Shown: positions 26,301-41,300 of the stretch, in pieces
Numbering within the stretch: position 1 is the first letter of the stretch
Layout: each line of letters starts with the position of its first letter
Assembly: GCA_001938485.1 (NCBI GenBank)
Contig: MQRK01220486.1
Coordinates: forward strand, 4,273 to 58,322
Length of the DNA: 54,050 nt
DNA from: Girardia tigrina
Lineage: Eukaryota
Reading direction: 5' to 3'
The notes under the pieces: generated by a model
Told to the model about the DNA's origin: nothing
Database searches by the model: none
What the model saw: the letters and a program-made list of their open reading frames with translations, nothing else
Translations under genes and position numbers: made by a program

Positions 26301-29300
26301 TTTTGAACTCCTTCCGAGGAATGAAACCATCCGTTCAGACAGATATTGTGGTCAGCTGGAGAAATTGGCTCATTCAATTCAACAGGAACGTCCTGAATTG
26401 GCAAATCGAAAAGGAGTTGTAATTCAGCAGGATAACGCAAGACCGCATACAAGTTTGACCATTCACCAGAAACTCGTATCACTGGGGTGGGAGGTTTTGC
26501 CGCACCCACCATATTCTCCAGACTTGGCCCCATCGGATTTTCACTTATTTAGATCACTGCAGAATTCATTAAACAGAAAAACATTCGCCAGTGATGATGA
26601 CATCAAATCGTTCCTAGACGGCTTTTTTGTTGACAAGGCAATGGTTTTTATGAATCAGGAATAATGAAGCTACCGGAAAGTTGGAAGAAAGTGATTGAAA
26701 ATAATGGACAGTATATCGTGTAAAAATATTTGTGCATCCATGTCATTTTTTATAATAAATATTTTAGTTAATATAATTAATATATTAGTTAATATAATTA
26801 ATATTTTAGTCAGAGGGTTTCAAATGGCAAAAGAATAATGAAGAAATAAAACAAATTGTTGAAGATATCAGAAAAGGGAAAACGAGGAAATGGACACTAA
26901 AAAATGACATCGTGGCAACTCAGGACAATAAATGCTGGATCCCAAAAAAAACGAACAGGTTTTATTGAAGAGATGCACAAGCTGTTATGTCATACTGGTA
27001 GTAAAAAAATCTATAACTATCTTCGAGAAGATTTTGATATGCAAAATATGAGGAATTTCATTAAAGAAATAGTCTAAAGTTGTTTAAATTGTCAAAAAAG
27101 AAAGACATTAACAGCGAAAACGAAAGAAAAACATATAAAATTGTCGGCAAATGAACCTTTCCAGAAAATATGCATGGACTTTTGTGGACCATTCAAAAGA
27201 AACATAAACGAATATCAATACGTTCTGGCAATTGTAGACCAATTCAGTAGATATATTAGCCTGAATTCAGTTGCTAGTCAAGATGAAAAAACAGTTCGTA
27301 GAGTGATATTGGACAGATGGATATAGAAATTTGGACCTCCAAAAGAAATCCATGTTGATAGAGGAAAAATATTTGAATCGGCTTTGTCCAAAGATACAGT
27401 TAAAAGATTCAGAGTCGAGATAGTCTATTCAAGTCCATATCATCATAATACAAATGGGATAGTGGAAAGACAATTTCGAACAATCAGAGATGCTATAAAT
27501 ATTAGAATGAAGGACGGAAACCACAGAGATTGGACAGAAGTTTTGTNNNNNNNNNNNNNNNNNNNNNNNNNNNNNNNNNNNNNNNNNNNNNNNNNNNNNN
27601 NNNNNNNNNNNNNNNNNNGGAGACGATTAAGACATTGGTGGAAGAACAATAAAGAAACTAACGGAAACCAAGTTAATGTCGAACAAAATGTGGAGACAAG
27701 AAGAGTTTTTGAAGTTGGAGACAGAGTGTTGATAAAAAAAGAAAATATATCAAAAGAAGATGACCGTTACATGGGTCCGGCAATGGTGTTGAAACGAAAT
27801 CACTAAAGGAGTTACGAGTTACAGCTCGAAGATGGTTGAACTTTGATTATAAATGTTGAATGGCTAAAGCTATTTAAACCGAGGGAGATGTGAGGAATGT
27901 TTGGAATTGTGTGTTGATATTGTGCATGTTGTATGTTTATTCGGATTGTACCTCATCTACACAGATGGATGATTGATATTTTCTTTGATTCTTACTAATT
28001 AAAAATAATTTCATTTAATTTTAAAGTAAAAAGATTTAAAATAATTTTTGAATGTATTATTTATTTTTTAATGTAATTTAAAATTTTAATATATTAATTT
28101 AATATATTCTTTAATAAAAATGTTTAGATTTAATTTCAACCAATTAAATTCTTTATAATTAATAATTTTATTAACAGATTTTCATTTATTGAAAATAATT
28201 AGTTAGAACTCAGAAATATATTGATCAAGAGAGATGTCAAATAGTGAATGCGCTTGTAATATTAATAAATGTTGCAAAACTCATATTGATGTTATGGTTG
28301 AAAGAAAATCTCTTAGTTACGAGACTGGAATTTATGGGAAGTAAACTGATACAGGTTTATATACTTCACCAGATAGTTTTTGTGAACTTAAGTATAAAAG
28401 AAACATGATTAAAGGTTTAATTTATCGCTCCTCGTCGTTTTCTTCCACTTTTGTTAAATCTGTAGAAAGTGTTAATAAACTAAGTTCGTTGTTAAATAAG
28501 AATGGTTATTCTAAATCTTTTCTAGAAATATTAATAAAGGGAACAGTAAATAAAATACTTTTGAAAGATTTTTCGAAAAATCAGAGTTTGGCTTCTCCTG
28601 ATGGATCTAAGAAAGAAATTGAAGGATCATTAGATATTAATAATATGCCTAAATAATGTTTAATTGTACCTTATTCTAAAGGATTTAAAAACTTTAAAAA
28701 TGCATTGTTAAAAGCAACTAACAATGAATTAAATTTAAAAATTATATCACGATCTCATGAAATTCAAAATATGTTCAGTAATAAATATATTACACATTTA
28801 ACACTTTGTTCTGATATTGTTTATGAATATACATGTAATGGGTGCGATGCCACATACATTGGAGAGACTGCCCGTCATCTCTGTGAACGAATTCAAGAAC
28901 ATGGTCGAAAATAGAGTAAAAGTAATATTGCAGAACACAGGAAAAAATGTAAATGTGATGTTAATTTTGATAATTTCAAAATTCTGTGAGCATTTTGACA
29001 GTTATTGGGAGAGAGTGTCGTGTGAAGCATAGTTAATTAGGTCACGTTGCCCTAAAATCAATGTTCAATCGGCAGTCTCAACCAGCTTATTGAGAATTTT
29101 TGATTAGCATGATTTCATGCAATCGATTGCATAATCATCACTTTTGTATTTATATACAGGTGAATTGTATATTAATTAGTGACCTGAAGATGACGGTAGA
29201 TCCGTCGAAATATATTGTCTCTAAATATATTTTGAAATGGATGAGTTTGGTTATTAGAAGATTCTCATCCGGACTTCATTTTATTAATTTTTCATATTAA

Positions 29301-32300
29301 ATACATATTTTTCATATTAAATACATATTTTTCATATTAAATTGATTTTTTTCATATTAATTTGATATTCTTTCATATTAAATTAATATTTTTTTAATAT
29401 TAAATACATAATCTGTCATTTTGAATTGAAAAATTTTCATTTTAAAATAAAAATTTTTCATACAAATATTAAAATCGGCGAAAAATTGACATGTTCATAA
29501 ATTTGGCAATTACACTATTTCAACAAACTATTGCCGAATTCACGAAATCGGTAAAATATTTAGCCTAATTCTCGAATCCGGCAATTTTTTTGCCTAATTC
29601 ACGAATTCGGTAAGTCGGTTGCCGGTTAAACGAATTCGACAAAATGGTTCCAGAATACACGAATTCGGCATAATATATATATGCTTTTACTTATTATACA
29701 GTATCAAAATAATTTATATTTAATTTTTAAAAAAATTTTTGTATGTTTATATATTAATTATATTAGTATGAAACTTAACTTTTAGCAATTTTGAATTAAA
29801 TTTTCTTTTTAAATATGCTTATAAATAATACGTATAAATAATAAATAAATAATATGGACAACTAATTAGAGTCATGCAAAATTAATTACTATAATTTGAA
29901 TATAAAATTAAGTAAATTTGAATTGAATTTTGATTTGACTATCCTAAGTCATTTGTTAATAAGATACGTAGAGATTTTAATTATTTATGTTATTTAATAT
30001 TAAACTATTGAAACTATTTAAAATATAAAATAAATATTACTTATAAAAGTCATTAATTTTTAATCCCCTTGTATATAGAATAATACTATGTTTATGAATT
30101 TTAGAGCTTTTTAAATTGCTAAAGATTTATTTCTAAATGCTCAGCAAAACCTTTGAAAATGTAGGTATTATAAGCACTTGATTTATAAAATAATTGTTAA
30201 AAACATTCGCATTGAACTATTCCGCAATTCTAAAAGTTCTCATACTCGACCGGAACTTTCATTCATCAAATATCCTGGATTGTCACATAAACATAATCTT
30301 GTACCATTTTAAAAATATAATTTGTATAAACAATTTTATTTGTTTATTCTTGACTTCAAATTAGAGATATCTGATTTTTAACAAATTCATACATAATGTA
30401 ATACGTTTCGACAGTAAATTTTAATGAAAAAATGCTAAAGTTAGTTAAATACATCAATAAACCAGGTCTTAAACGAAGAATATTTAACAATTAGCAACGA
30501 GTAACATATTCCGAACATCTTTATTCTTCAGAATCAGTATTTAAAGACGTTTACTGGAAAGCTCTCCTTCACAGCTATTTTTCAATTTAATTGGCAAATG
30601 ATTTTTGATCTCACTATAACCGGATTTTCAGGGTTCTTCTTTAGAAGGGTATCAAGTTAATCTAATATTCTTCAAGTTAATATTCTTCACGAAAATCTTA
30701 CACTTCTCTGCTTCTCTAACTGTAAAGTTCAACATAATTTACGAAACAGATTTATTAATCTAAACTCTGTTTTAAAGAAAAGAAAAGAAGTACCGGTTAA
30801 TTCATATCCGGTCCAAATTCATCATTTTAGTTTTGTTAAAAAATGTTTTGTTGTAAAAAGATATATAATTGATCAATCTTTATTACGGTTTTCATATTCA
30901 ACATGCATTTGGTAACACTGCCTAAACATCCCGGACAAAAATCCCTTCAGACAAAAAGCGCGTGACAAAAACACATCCGGATATTAAGCTCTAAAATTAT
31001 CATAATGTCTTCAAAAGCGTGGAGATCTTTTCATTTAATAACTTTCAAAATAATCTGTACTTAGTAAGCTTTAGAGTCATAAAAATATATTTAATTATTC
31101 AAAGGCTACGCGCACCTAATCACTTCAACCAAACGCAAGAGCCCGGGTCAATCTTAATTGAAGTTCAAAAATACAAGGTGTTGCAACCAATTTTTTCAAC
31201 TTTCCACAACATTTTCTGTCTCTCAAAAGGAGTTGAATCAGTTTCAAAGTCTTATTTATTTATAAGTGAAATGTTTTTTCCCACATTTTGAGATTGTCAG
31301 GTGTTCCCAAAATCAACATTTCGTTATTATTATCGGTATGGAATCAAACAGAAGTAAATCTGGTTCAACTTGCGTTTTTTAAACGATATGAAATTGAATT
31401 CTTTCAACATTCGAAGGAATAGGAAATCGATAACTGATAACTTGACTGATAAATTTAAATGATAAGTTAATAGACTCGTCTAAGATTTCGATGTAAAAGA
31501 CTAACAGTCAGTATCTCAGCTCTTGAATTTTCACTTATCATTGAGAATCATTGGATTACAATTTGATTAGACGTTCCTTCAGATAGTTCTTCCAGCCATT
31601 TGATTTGATAAACAAATTTAATTACTTTTTGTCGTGTTGCTTCTGAATAGGGTTTCTGAAAAACAGTGGTTTTCAAAAAAACAGCTGTTTAACTGTTTCT
31701 GATTTTTAAAAAACAGCTGTTAACAGCTGTTTTACTGTTTTTTGAATTTTATTAAATTAAATGTAAGGAAAAATACTTTTTAATATGATATTAAAGCCTT
31801 TTAATTATTTATTTGATTTATTATAATAATATTTCAAAAAAACCAATGCTTGCAGTGATTTATCTGATAGGCGAGATCGAATTTTTGTGCAAAAACTTAT
31901 ATAAAAAAACGCGTTCTACGTCCGTGGAAGTGGGTTTGATGGTCAAAATGGCATTAAAGAGTTTTTGTAGGTTTTCAGTTCGCTGTCCAGTGTTCTTGAA
32001 AAGTGTAAATTCCGACTTTAGCCANNNNNNNNNNNNNNNNNNNNNNNNNNNNNNNNNNNNNNNNNNNNNNNNNNNNNNNNNNNNNNNNNNNNNNNNNNNN
32101 NNATTTTCAGATATTTCTTCATGAGGTAATTGATCGCCAGTATCTTCGTCAGCAACTTCAAATAGTCGTTTTGCAAGACTGCCTGCAAAATTAATCGTGT
32201 TTCTCGAAGGCACAATCGATGGATCTTTCAGTCTGCGTAAGAGATTCCTTAGGTCGGGATTGAGTCTTTCACCAACTCGCTGCTTTAGATTTTCCAGTAA

Positions 32301-35300
32301 TTTCTCTGCAATTTCATTTTTAATGTTCGATAGTTTTGTGAACATAAAATTTAAAATTGTATCCGCGNNNNNNNNNNNNNNNNNNNNNNNNNNNNNNNNN
32401 NNNNNNNNNNNNNNNNNNNNNNNNNNNNNNNNNNNNNNNNNNNNNNNNNNNNNNNNNNNNNNNNNNNNNNNNNNNNNNNNNNNNNNNNNNNNNNNNNNNN
32501 NNNNNNNNNNNNNNNNNNNNNNNNNNNNNNNNNNNNNNNNNNNNNNNNNNNNNNNNNNNNNNNNNNNNNNNNNNNNNNNNNNNNNNNNNNNNNNNNNNNN
32601 NNNNNNNNNNNNNNNNNNNNNNNNNNNNNNNNNNNNNNNNNNNNNNNNNNNAAAATCGGTTGGTTCATCAAAATTATCTTCCTCATTTGGATCTTCATCA
32701 ATGATGATGGGTTCTTCAATTTCAGATTACTTTTTGTACAAAGTGTCACATACTCCAAGGTGTAAACCGTGATTGAGACAGAACTGATAGATAGCATCAA
32801 GGAGGCTGATAAATCTTTTATTAACTGCAGCTTCATCCTGTGTGGATCCAACCAAATCTTTTTCCATTGAAATGCCAAACGATTTGAGATGATCTCGAAG
32901 AATTTCAATCATGCTAAGAGCGTTGCAAGAACCGAGAATGCGCACGAGGCCTGTCTTATAAGTTTTATTGGAATCTCTCTCATGAATATTAATTCCGAAA
33001 TATCGACGACCACGTAAAATTGTAGCCTCATCGACGGTCATGCTGAACTTGATACCTTTCGCAACCTTCGCTTGAATCTCATCAACCATTTTCTTCTGTT
33101 TTTTCTTTAAAATCATCGTGCAATAGTTTCATGACATCAGTTTCATTCGCAGGCAATTTGTGACCATCGCGTGTTATGGATTTTCTAATGAACTTATTTC
33201 TTGTTATTGCCCGAATAGTTACTCCATCCGTTGCCATGTCTGACACAATTTCCTTGAGAGATTCTCGTTCAAAAAAGTCAGCAACAGTTTTTTATCTCTT
33301 TTCGGTCTGAAATCCATCCTTGGATGTGCTTGGTTCCCCAGTCTGATCAAACTTGATGCCATGCTGCTGTATATGTCTCTTTAAAGTTGTCGTTGAATTG
33401 CCAGAGCACTTAATTATGCTATTGCACCGATTGCATTGACCTTCAAGCTCTTTTGTGAGCGGATTTCGTCGTTTTGTGGCAAATTCCCAAACAGAAGCCA
33501 TTACTAATAGAAAATTAATCATTTAAAACAATTAAAAACAAACTAAAATCATTGATTTATTTAACGAAAATAATTAAATCAGTAAAAATATTTATTTCAG
33601 TAAAAGTTGCAATGTTTTTTTTATAATGTGATTCACATTTGGCAATTTGATCCAATGGTTGAAAATGCTGGTTGTATTTGGTGAAAGAAAGACTATCTTG
33701 ACAATGAGATGTTCAATATGCGGATGACCTGGCGCGTTATCGATAAGCAAAATCATTTTGAACTCGAAACTTTTATCTAGCAAATATTTCTTAACTTCTG
33801 GAATAAAATACGGATTAAGTCACTCTGTGAAAATTGCGGTAGTTACCCACGTTTTCTTGTTAGCCATCCAATGAACTGGAAGTTTTTTATTACAAAACAT
33901 TTTTTTTTAAACCGCACTATTTCAAAACCGCATAAAAAATCCGCATAAACACAGAATCTACTATAAGTTAGTAAGGAAAAGGGATTTTGTTTTTCTAAAC
34001 TACTTTTATAATTAAAGAAATTACTCTATTTCATTATTTAGACATAACATGTCAGATAACTTTGAATTTCGAAGTGTTATAAAGTTTATGCTTTTGAAGA
34101 AAACTAGAGGTCATGAATGTTTGTACAATTGCAGGATATTAACAAGAGTAAATGCGCTTGTAACGCAACAATTTACAACTGGATTCATGATTTTAAAAGT
34201 AGAAACACTAGTATTTTGATTTTAAAAGTCTGGAAGATGTGTGTAAGTTCGAAAAGAGAAAAACAATGTTTCAGAAAATCCACAGACTACCATCTCTTCT
34301 TTTTCACAAAACTTTTTCAATTAACATATCTCGCTTTAATGAAGACCAGTTTTCGTTATATTTACAGACCTCTAGAACCTTCAGATCCTGATTCTTGCTG
34401 AGCCTCAAAAATAAATGTTAAATTATGTGGAAATTGAAAGTTTCTAAAAGGTCTAACAACAATCGAAGTCACACACTTATCATCAGATGGCCCATTATCC
34501 ATCAAATCAAATAGATAAGTCTGCAAGCTCTCTAACTCACTGGCAGGGTCCACATTAATACATCAACAATGTTTTATTCGTCAAATCATTCCCCAATCGT
34601 CGGATTATCCCTCGAAGCAAAAGAATATTTTTGTCAAAAATTTTATATTTCCTTCAAACATTCTTCAACATCACTTCAACATTGAGTTGTTGAAGTCGAA
34701 AACCGAACAAATCAATCATTTTACGACACTCCTCTCCAAATTCTTTGTCCCGATATATACTTTTAATGCCACATAATCCCGATTTAATTACTACTCATCG
34801 TTTTTTACACCGACAAGCATTAATCTCAAAAAGCCTAGCCAACTGACTTGCAAACTGTCCTTCAACAAGTAAAACAAGTTGTGAATTTTATTAAAACTAA
34901 GCCCATGAAATGGCGACTGTTTTCTAAATTATGCAAAGTTATGAATGTAGCTCACTTAACATAGTTAATACACACTGAAGCTCGGTGGTTATCTAATGGA
35001 AAAGGGAAATCTAGGTTTTATGAATTACGAGAAGAATAACTTGTTTATTTAACTCCAGAACAAAATAGGTGTAGGGATTATTTGGAAGACGATTTATAGT
35101 GTTCAAAGTAAGCATTATTAGCAGATCTGTTTAACCATATCAACAAATTAAATTTAAGCATGCAGGGAGAATAAGAAAATATTTTATTATCCTGTGACAA
35201 AATCAATTCTTTTTATGTTAATTTAAGTATGTGAATTAGAAGAATACAATATAAGAAATTAGAAATGTTTTCTTTAACATCAAAAGCTAAATGGGATTGT

Positions 35301-38300
35301 TGGGGTGACCTTTAAATTTTTGATATTTTTTTAAAAATCATATTTATATTTTAGATAAATTAAAAATAATGTTCGACTAATTAAAATGAAATAATCTTTA
35401 AATAAAAATTTAAGTTTATAGATAATATTTTTTACTAATTAAAATAAATAAGATTTTATAAAATATATTTTATAGGTAACATTTCTACTAATTAAATTGA
35501 AATAATTTTTGTAAAAATTATATTTCACAGATAGTATATTACTAATTAAAATGAAATAAGTTTTGTAAAATTTTAGAGTAATGATAATATTTTAATTAAA
35601 TTGGGACAAATTTTTATAAAAATTAAGTTTTAAAAATTCACAATTAAAATATCATTTTCGAAGTTAAAGAATATTGTAAAGAAGATTTTGATATATCTTG
35701 TATCACTATTTAAAATCATAATGTTTGTTGAATTTAATTGTCGTTAAAAGTTTTAATTCGGTTTTTTAATTTTTAAAGAACAAAATATTCTTGTCCAAAA
35801 AACTTAATGATTTAATTTTTTAAAGAAAGTTGTTGAAATGTTTTAAATCGTAATATGAAAATTTTATTCTCAAACAAAAATAAATTAGGTTATAGAATTT
35901 ATAAATTTTCTTTTCATAATACTTTTTTAATTAAGATTAAGTAAAATAAATTTTAAAAACTAAAAGTAATATTACTTAACAGAAAATAAACTTTAAAAAG
36001 AATACAATTTTTATTAAAACCAAATAAAAGGTTTTATTAAAAAAATAATTTATCATCCAATGATTAAAAATCAAAAATATTTCAGAATTGTATTTTTAAA
36101 AATATTTTAATAAAGATCTAAAGTTATAAACATTGTAAAAAAATTAATAAAACAGAAACAAAAATAAGATTTATGTAAAATTGAAGAAAATAACATATAT
36201 ATATTTATACATCGATGTTATTATTTATATTTAGAATTTTTAGATCTGGATTATGTAATTAAAATTTTGTTCCTCACAAATTTGTTTCAATAATGAAAAC
36301 TGTAGTAGAAATAAAGTTTACAAAATTATGAATTCCAATTTTAATCACGAAGATAATAATATTTTACAACTAATTACAGAAACACTGACAACTTTGCAAA
36401 ACATTTTCTGCACTTCTTTCCCTCTACAGACGTTAGAAAATATGACTTGGTCAGAAATGCATTTTTGAATAACGATAATAATGGAAGTCATTTCTCTTTC
36501 TCGACAGAAAAAAACTAATAGATATTGAAAATGACAGAAGTTAAAAAATAAATTTTGATGAAAACAATATATCTCCATTTTGGATTAAAAATATCCCTTA
36601 AATTTTGAAATATATCAAATATTGCGTTGAAAATTTTATTACCCTTCTCTACTTTGTATCTATACGAATTGGGATATTCAGTTATGACTGAATTAAATGC
36701 ATGAAAAGGAGAAAGACATTTTTTCCCTAGAGCAAGCTTAGAGTAGTTTTATCTAGCCTCTGACCGCGCATCAAAGAATTATGCGAACAACACCAAGCAC
36801 AAGTATTGCATTAAATGATACAATTTTCAATTTATCAATATTCATAATAGAAGTTATATTGAGTATTTGGAATGTTAACGGTATGTGTTTTATGAAATTC
36901 GCTAGATATTATAAATAAATCATTTTCAAATGTATAAAAATGTGTTGTTATTTTGAAAAAACAAATGCCTTTTTTTGGTTTGTCGCGAAAATTTAAGGGT
37001 CTTTTAAGTATGTCACTTACTCAAAATGGTTGAGAAACACTGAATTAAATCTATTAAGAACACCAACATGGGTTTTCAAACTTTTATTTTCATTACAATC
37101 AGAATTGTCTTTTAGATAATTCTCAGCAAAGCTCTCGTAATTCGATATCGTTCTAAATTGATAATTTTTTTATTAATGTTTGTTAATAAACAATTATTCG
37201 AACAAATTTTTCATTATTTTCTGATTTTATTTTTAAAATTCAAATTTTGTAATTTTAGTAATAATTTTATCTACATATTTAATTTTATTTAAAAAATGAT
37301 TTTATGTAAAGAAAGAACATTTATTTAATTAAAAACTTCGTTAAAACTATTTACTTTATTTAAATTTTTAATATTTAAATTTGAAACGATTTAATATTTT
37401 TAAAGTTTTTTAAATATCTTATGCTGTACTTTAAAATGCAAATTATACTCGAATAATTATTTATCGTGAACATCTAAAATATCAATTTTCCATCTGGGTG
37501 GGAGAAACACATTTCCAAATACTAAACTCAACATACAAAATTCAACAAACCAATTTCAACATAACAAATTTAAAATATTCCTCATATCCCACTCGATTTA
37601 AATGGTTTTAGCCATTCCACATTTCTGATCAATATTCTGCCATCATCTAATTGTATCTCGTAACTTCTTTCATGTCGTCGGTTCTTTATTGTGGCTGGGC
37701 CCATATATCGATCCTCATCCTTCGTTACGTTTTCTTTCTTTATAAGCACTTTATCTCCTATTTGGAATACTCGTTTCGTCTGTGTCGTGCTTTCATTCAT
37801 TTCCTTCTCGACATGTCTTTTTCCCCGCTGTTTATTCACCAATGTCTTAGTTTCCTACCAAATTATTATTTATTATTATTTATTATTATTATTTATTATT
37901 AAATTAAATAATTATTATTTATACTACCCATTATTTCTGCTGGAGATATCCCTGTGGTTGCCTGAATTGTGCTATTTAGCATAAACTCTATTTCTGGTAG
38001 GATTTCCGTCCAATCCTTGTGGACCTCATCTTTCATCCGTATATTTATGGCATCCCTAATTGTTCTGAATTGTCTCTCAACAATCCCATTGGTATTGAGG
38101 GGGTAAGGACTGGAATATACTATCTCAGCTTTAAATCTATTTGCTGTTTCTTTAAAAAGGGTTGATTCAAATGTTTTTCCTCTATCGACATGGATTTCTT
38201 TTGGTGATCCGTATTTCCAAATCCATTAGTATAGTAATACCTTTCGCATGGTTTTCTCGTCTTGATGAGCTACTGCGTTAAAACTGATGTATCTGCTAAA

Positions 38301-41300
38301 TTGATAAATTATCGCGAGTATGTATTGACATCCATTAATATTTCTTTTAAAAGGTCCGTAGAAATCCATATATATTTTAAGGAATGGTTCATCAACAGAT
38401 TGTTTAATATGTTTCTCTTTTGTTTTTGTTGTTAGGGTCTTTCTTTTCTGACAATTCATACAACTTTGCACAATTTCCTTTACCGTTTTTCTCATATCTT
38501 CCATATCGAAATCATCCTTCAAATAATTATAAACTTTCTTGCTACAAGCGTGATACAGCATTTTGTGTATTTCTTCCACGAACTCAGTCTTTTTACCTTT
38601 CAGAATCCAGTATTTGTTATCATTGTTGTTACGATATCATCTTTCAGTAACCATTTCTTTGTTTTCCCAGCTCTGATATCTGATCTAATCTGTTTTATCT
38701 GGTCATTATCTTTCTGCTTTTTGAATCATTTGGATTCATCATCTAACGCTAGGATTCTTGTTTTAACTTTACCCTTCTTTGCTTCCTCATGCATGGTTTG
38801 ACATTGTACATACATTTCACAAGAATTTCTCGATATTTCATCGGTGTTTGAGTGTTTTTCATCTTTGCGGTATTCCATTGTCAAATCCAACCCACTTAGA
38901 AAATTTATCCAAATTTGAAATGGCAGAGTGACTGGGTTCTTTGTCGTCATCATAAAGGTAATAGCTTTATGATCCGTTCTTAATAGAAATTTCTTGCCGT
39001 ACAGATAGTGCTTGAAGTGTTGTGTAAAATAGTAGATTGCCAGCAGTTCTTTTCTCGTAATACAGTATCCCAATTCATGTTTGTTCATTTTGTGGGATCC
39101 ATATGCAATCACTCTTTCTCTTCCATATATATCTTTCTGAGATAGCCCCGCGCCAATTGTGTCAAAACTAGCGTCCGTGTCCAATATGAATTCTTTTCCG
39201 AAATCTGGGTATTGGTGTATTGATCATCTTTTCCTTTAATTTTTGAAACGTTTCGTTGCATTCTTCCGTCCATATTAGCTTTTTTTCTTTATTCTTTCGC
39301 ATAGTCCTTCCAATTTCTTGCCGTACAGATAGTGTTTGAAGTGTTGTGTGAAGTGGTAGATTGCCAGCAGTTAGTTTCTCGTAATACAGTATCCAAATTC
39401 ATGTTTCTTCATTTTGTTGGATCCATATGAAACCACTCTTTCTCTTCCATAGATATCTATCTGTGATAGCAGCGCGCAAATGGTGTCAAAACAAGCATCC
39501 GTGTCTAATATGAATTATTTTCCGAAATCTGGGTACACTAGTATTGGTGTATTGATTATCTTTTCCTTTAATTTTTGAAACGCTTCGTTGCACTCTTCCG
39601 TCCATATTAGCTTTTTTCTTTATTCTTTCCACATATTCCTTCTAATACTTTTTGAATACTTTGCATAATCTTTTAAGAATTTCCTGTAATAGTTCGTTAA
39701 GCCTAAAAAGCTTCTCAAATGTTTTACACATGAATGATTCTGAAACTTGGTAATCGCATCGATCTTTGACTGATCTGTTTCTATGCCATCTCTGCTGATC
39801 ACATATCCCAAAAACTTTGTCTTTTAAACCAAAAAGTGACATTTATCTGGATTAATTCTCAGACCCGATTGCTTTACTTTACTAAATACGTGTTCAATTC
39901 GTTTAAGGTGTTCTTACTTGTCTTTTGCGAAAATTAATATATCGTCTAAATACATAACTGCCTCTTTCCAATTTAATTCACCAAAACTCTTACCATCAGT
40001 TCTTGAAACTTTGCTCATGCCGCTGCCATTCCAAATGGCAATGAAACAATATTGGCCATCCTTTGTTGAAAATGCTGTTTTGACTTTTGATTCATCTTCA
40101 AGTTCCACTTGATGGTATGCGTTTCCTAAATTGATTTTGCTAAAATACTTTGCTCCGTTTAGTGTATTCAGCATTTCCTCAACATTTGGCATTGGGAATG
40201 CAGGTCTAATGGTGATTTTATTAATTTGCTGAAAATTTACACACACTCGAATGTCCTATTTCTCCTTTTTCAGAACACAAACTAGAGGGCAATTCCACGG
40301 TGAACTGCATTTCTCTATAATATCGTTTTCTTCATAATTTCGAATAATATCGTCCTGTTTTTCCTCGAAATGTTTTGATTCTCGATAAAGTTTCACTAAA
40401 ACTGATTTTCCATGCGTTTCGATCTTGTGTTTGGTCAGTGACGTCCTTCCAATTTCCCATTTGTCGGCCGTAAATATTGATTTAAATTCTGTTAAAAGTT
40501 CCATTATTTGGTTGTCAATTTTGTTTTCAAACAGCTCTTTTATTCTCCTCAGTCTATCCTCGTCTGATGAATCGTCTCGTATTACCAGTAACCTATTAGT
40601 ATTTGATGGTTCTCTCTTTAACTTAATCCTGAATTTGTCCAAGAAATCTATTCCTGCAATCATTTCTGGATCTAAATCTTTGACCACAAAGAAATCCACT
40701 GTTTTCTGCATTCTTTCAATTATTACTCGAAGTTGAACAATACCATAGTTTATAAGTTCTGAATCATTCGCACAATGTATACGTCTTTTAGTTTCTTTGA
40801 TCTTGACATCTTTCATATCTATAATCATCTCTGCTTTAATAACGTTGACTCGAACTCCTGTATCTAATCGGCATTTGACATTTTTATTCTTTATTTGGAA
40901 CTCTATACTTGATCTGCCTTTCAATTCTTTATAATTTATGTTAAACTTCGGTAAAATCAATACATCTTCAGCATTCTTTTTAATTTTTTTCTCATTTTCT
41001 ATATCCATATTAGGACATATTTCATCGTGTTCTTCAGGTTCATTATCTAATCTACACATCTCCATTTTCAAACACATCATCAAACATACAATCACAAACA
41101 CATTCATACATACAATCAATCATACACCTACATTGAGTTCCTATTGTAGCACACTGATCACTTCTCCCTGTGATCGTGCATCCTCGTTTCCCTGATCATT
41201 TCTGAATTTTCTGTTACCTACGAGAGATTCCAGTATTTTGCCATCTTCTCTTCTACGTTCCTTCAGAATAGTCCCTGTAATGGAAAATAAGAGCGATTTG

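Noticed and set aside
29288-29670. CRISPR-like repeat array
   Set aside because: Repeats are degenerate, lack unique constant-length spacers, there are no cas genes, and the context is eukaryotic.
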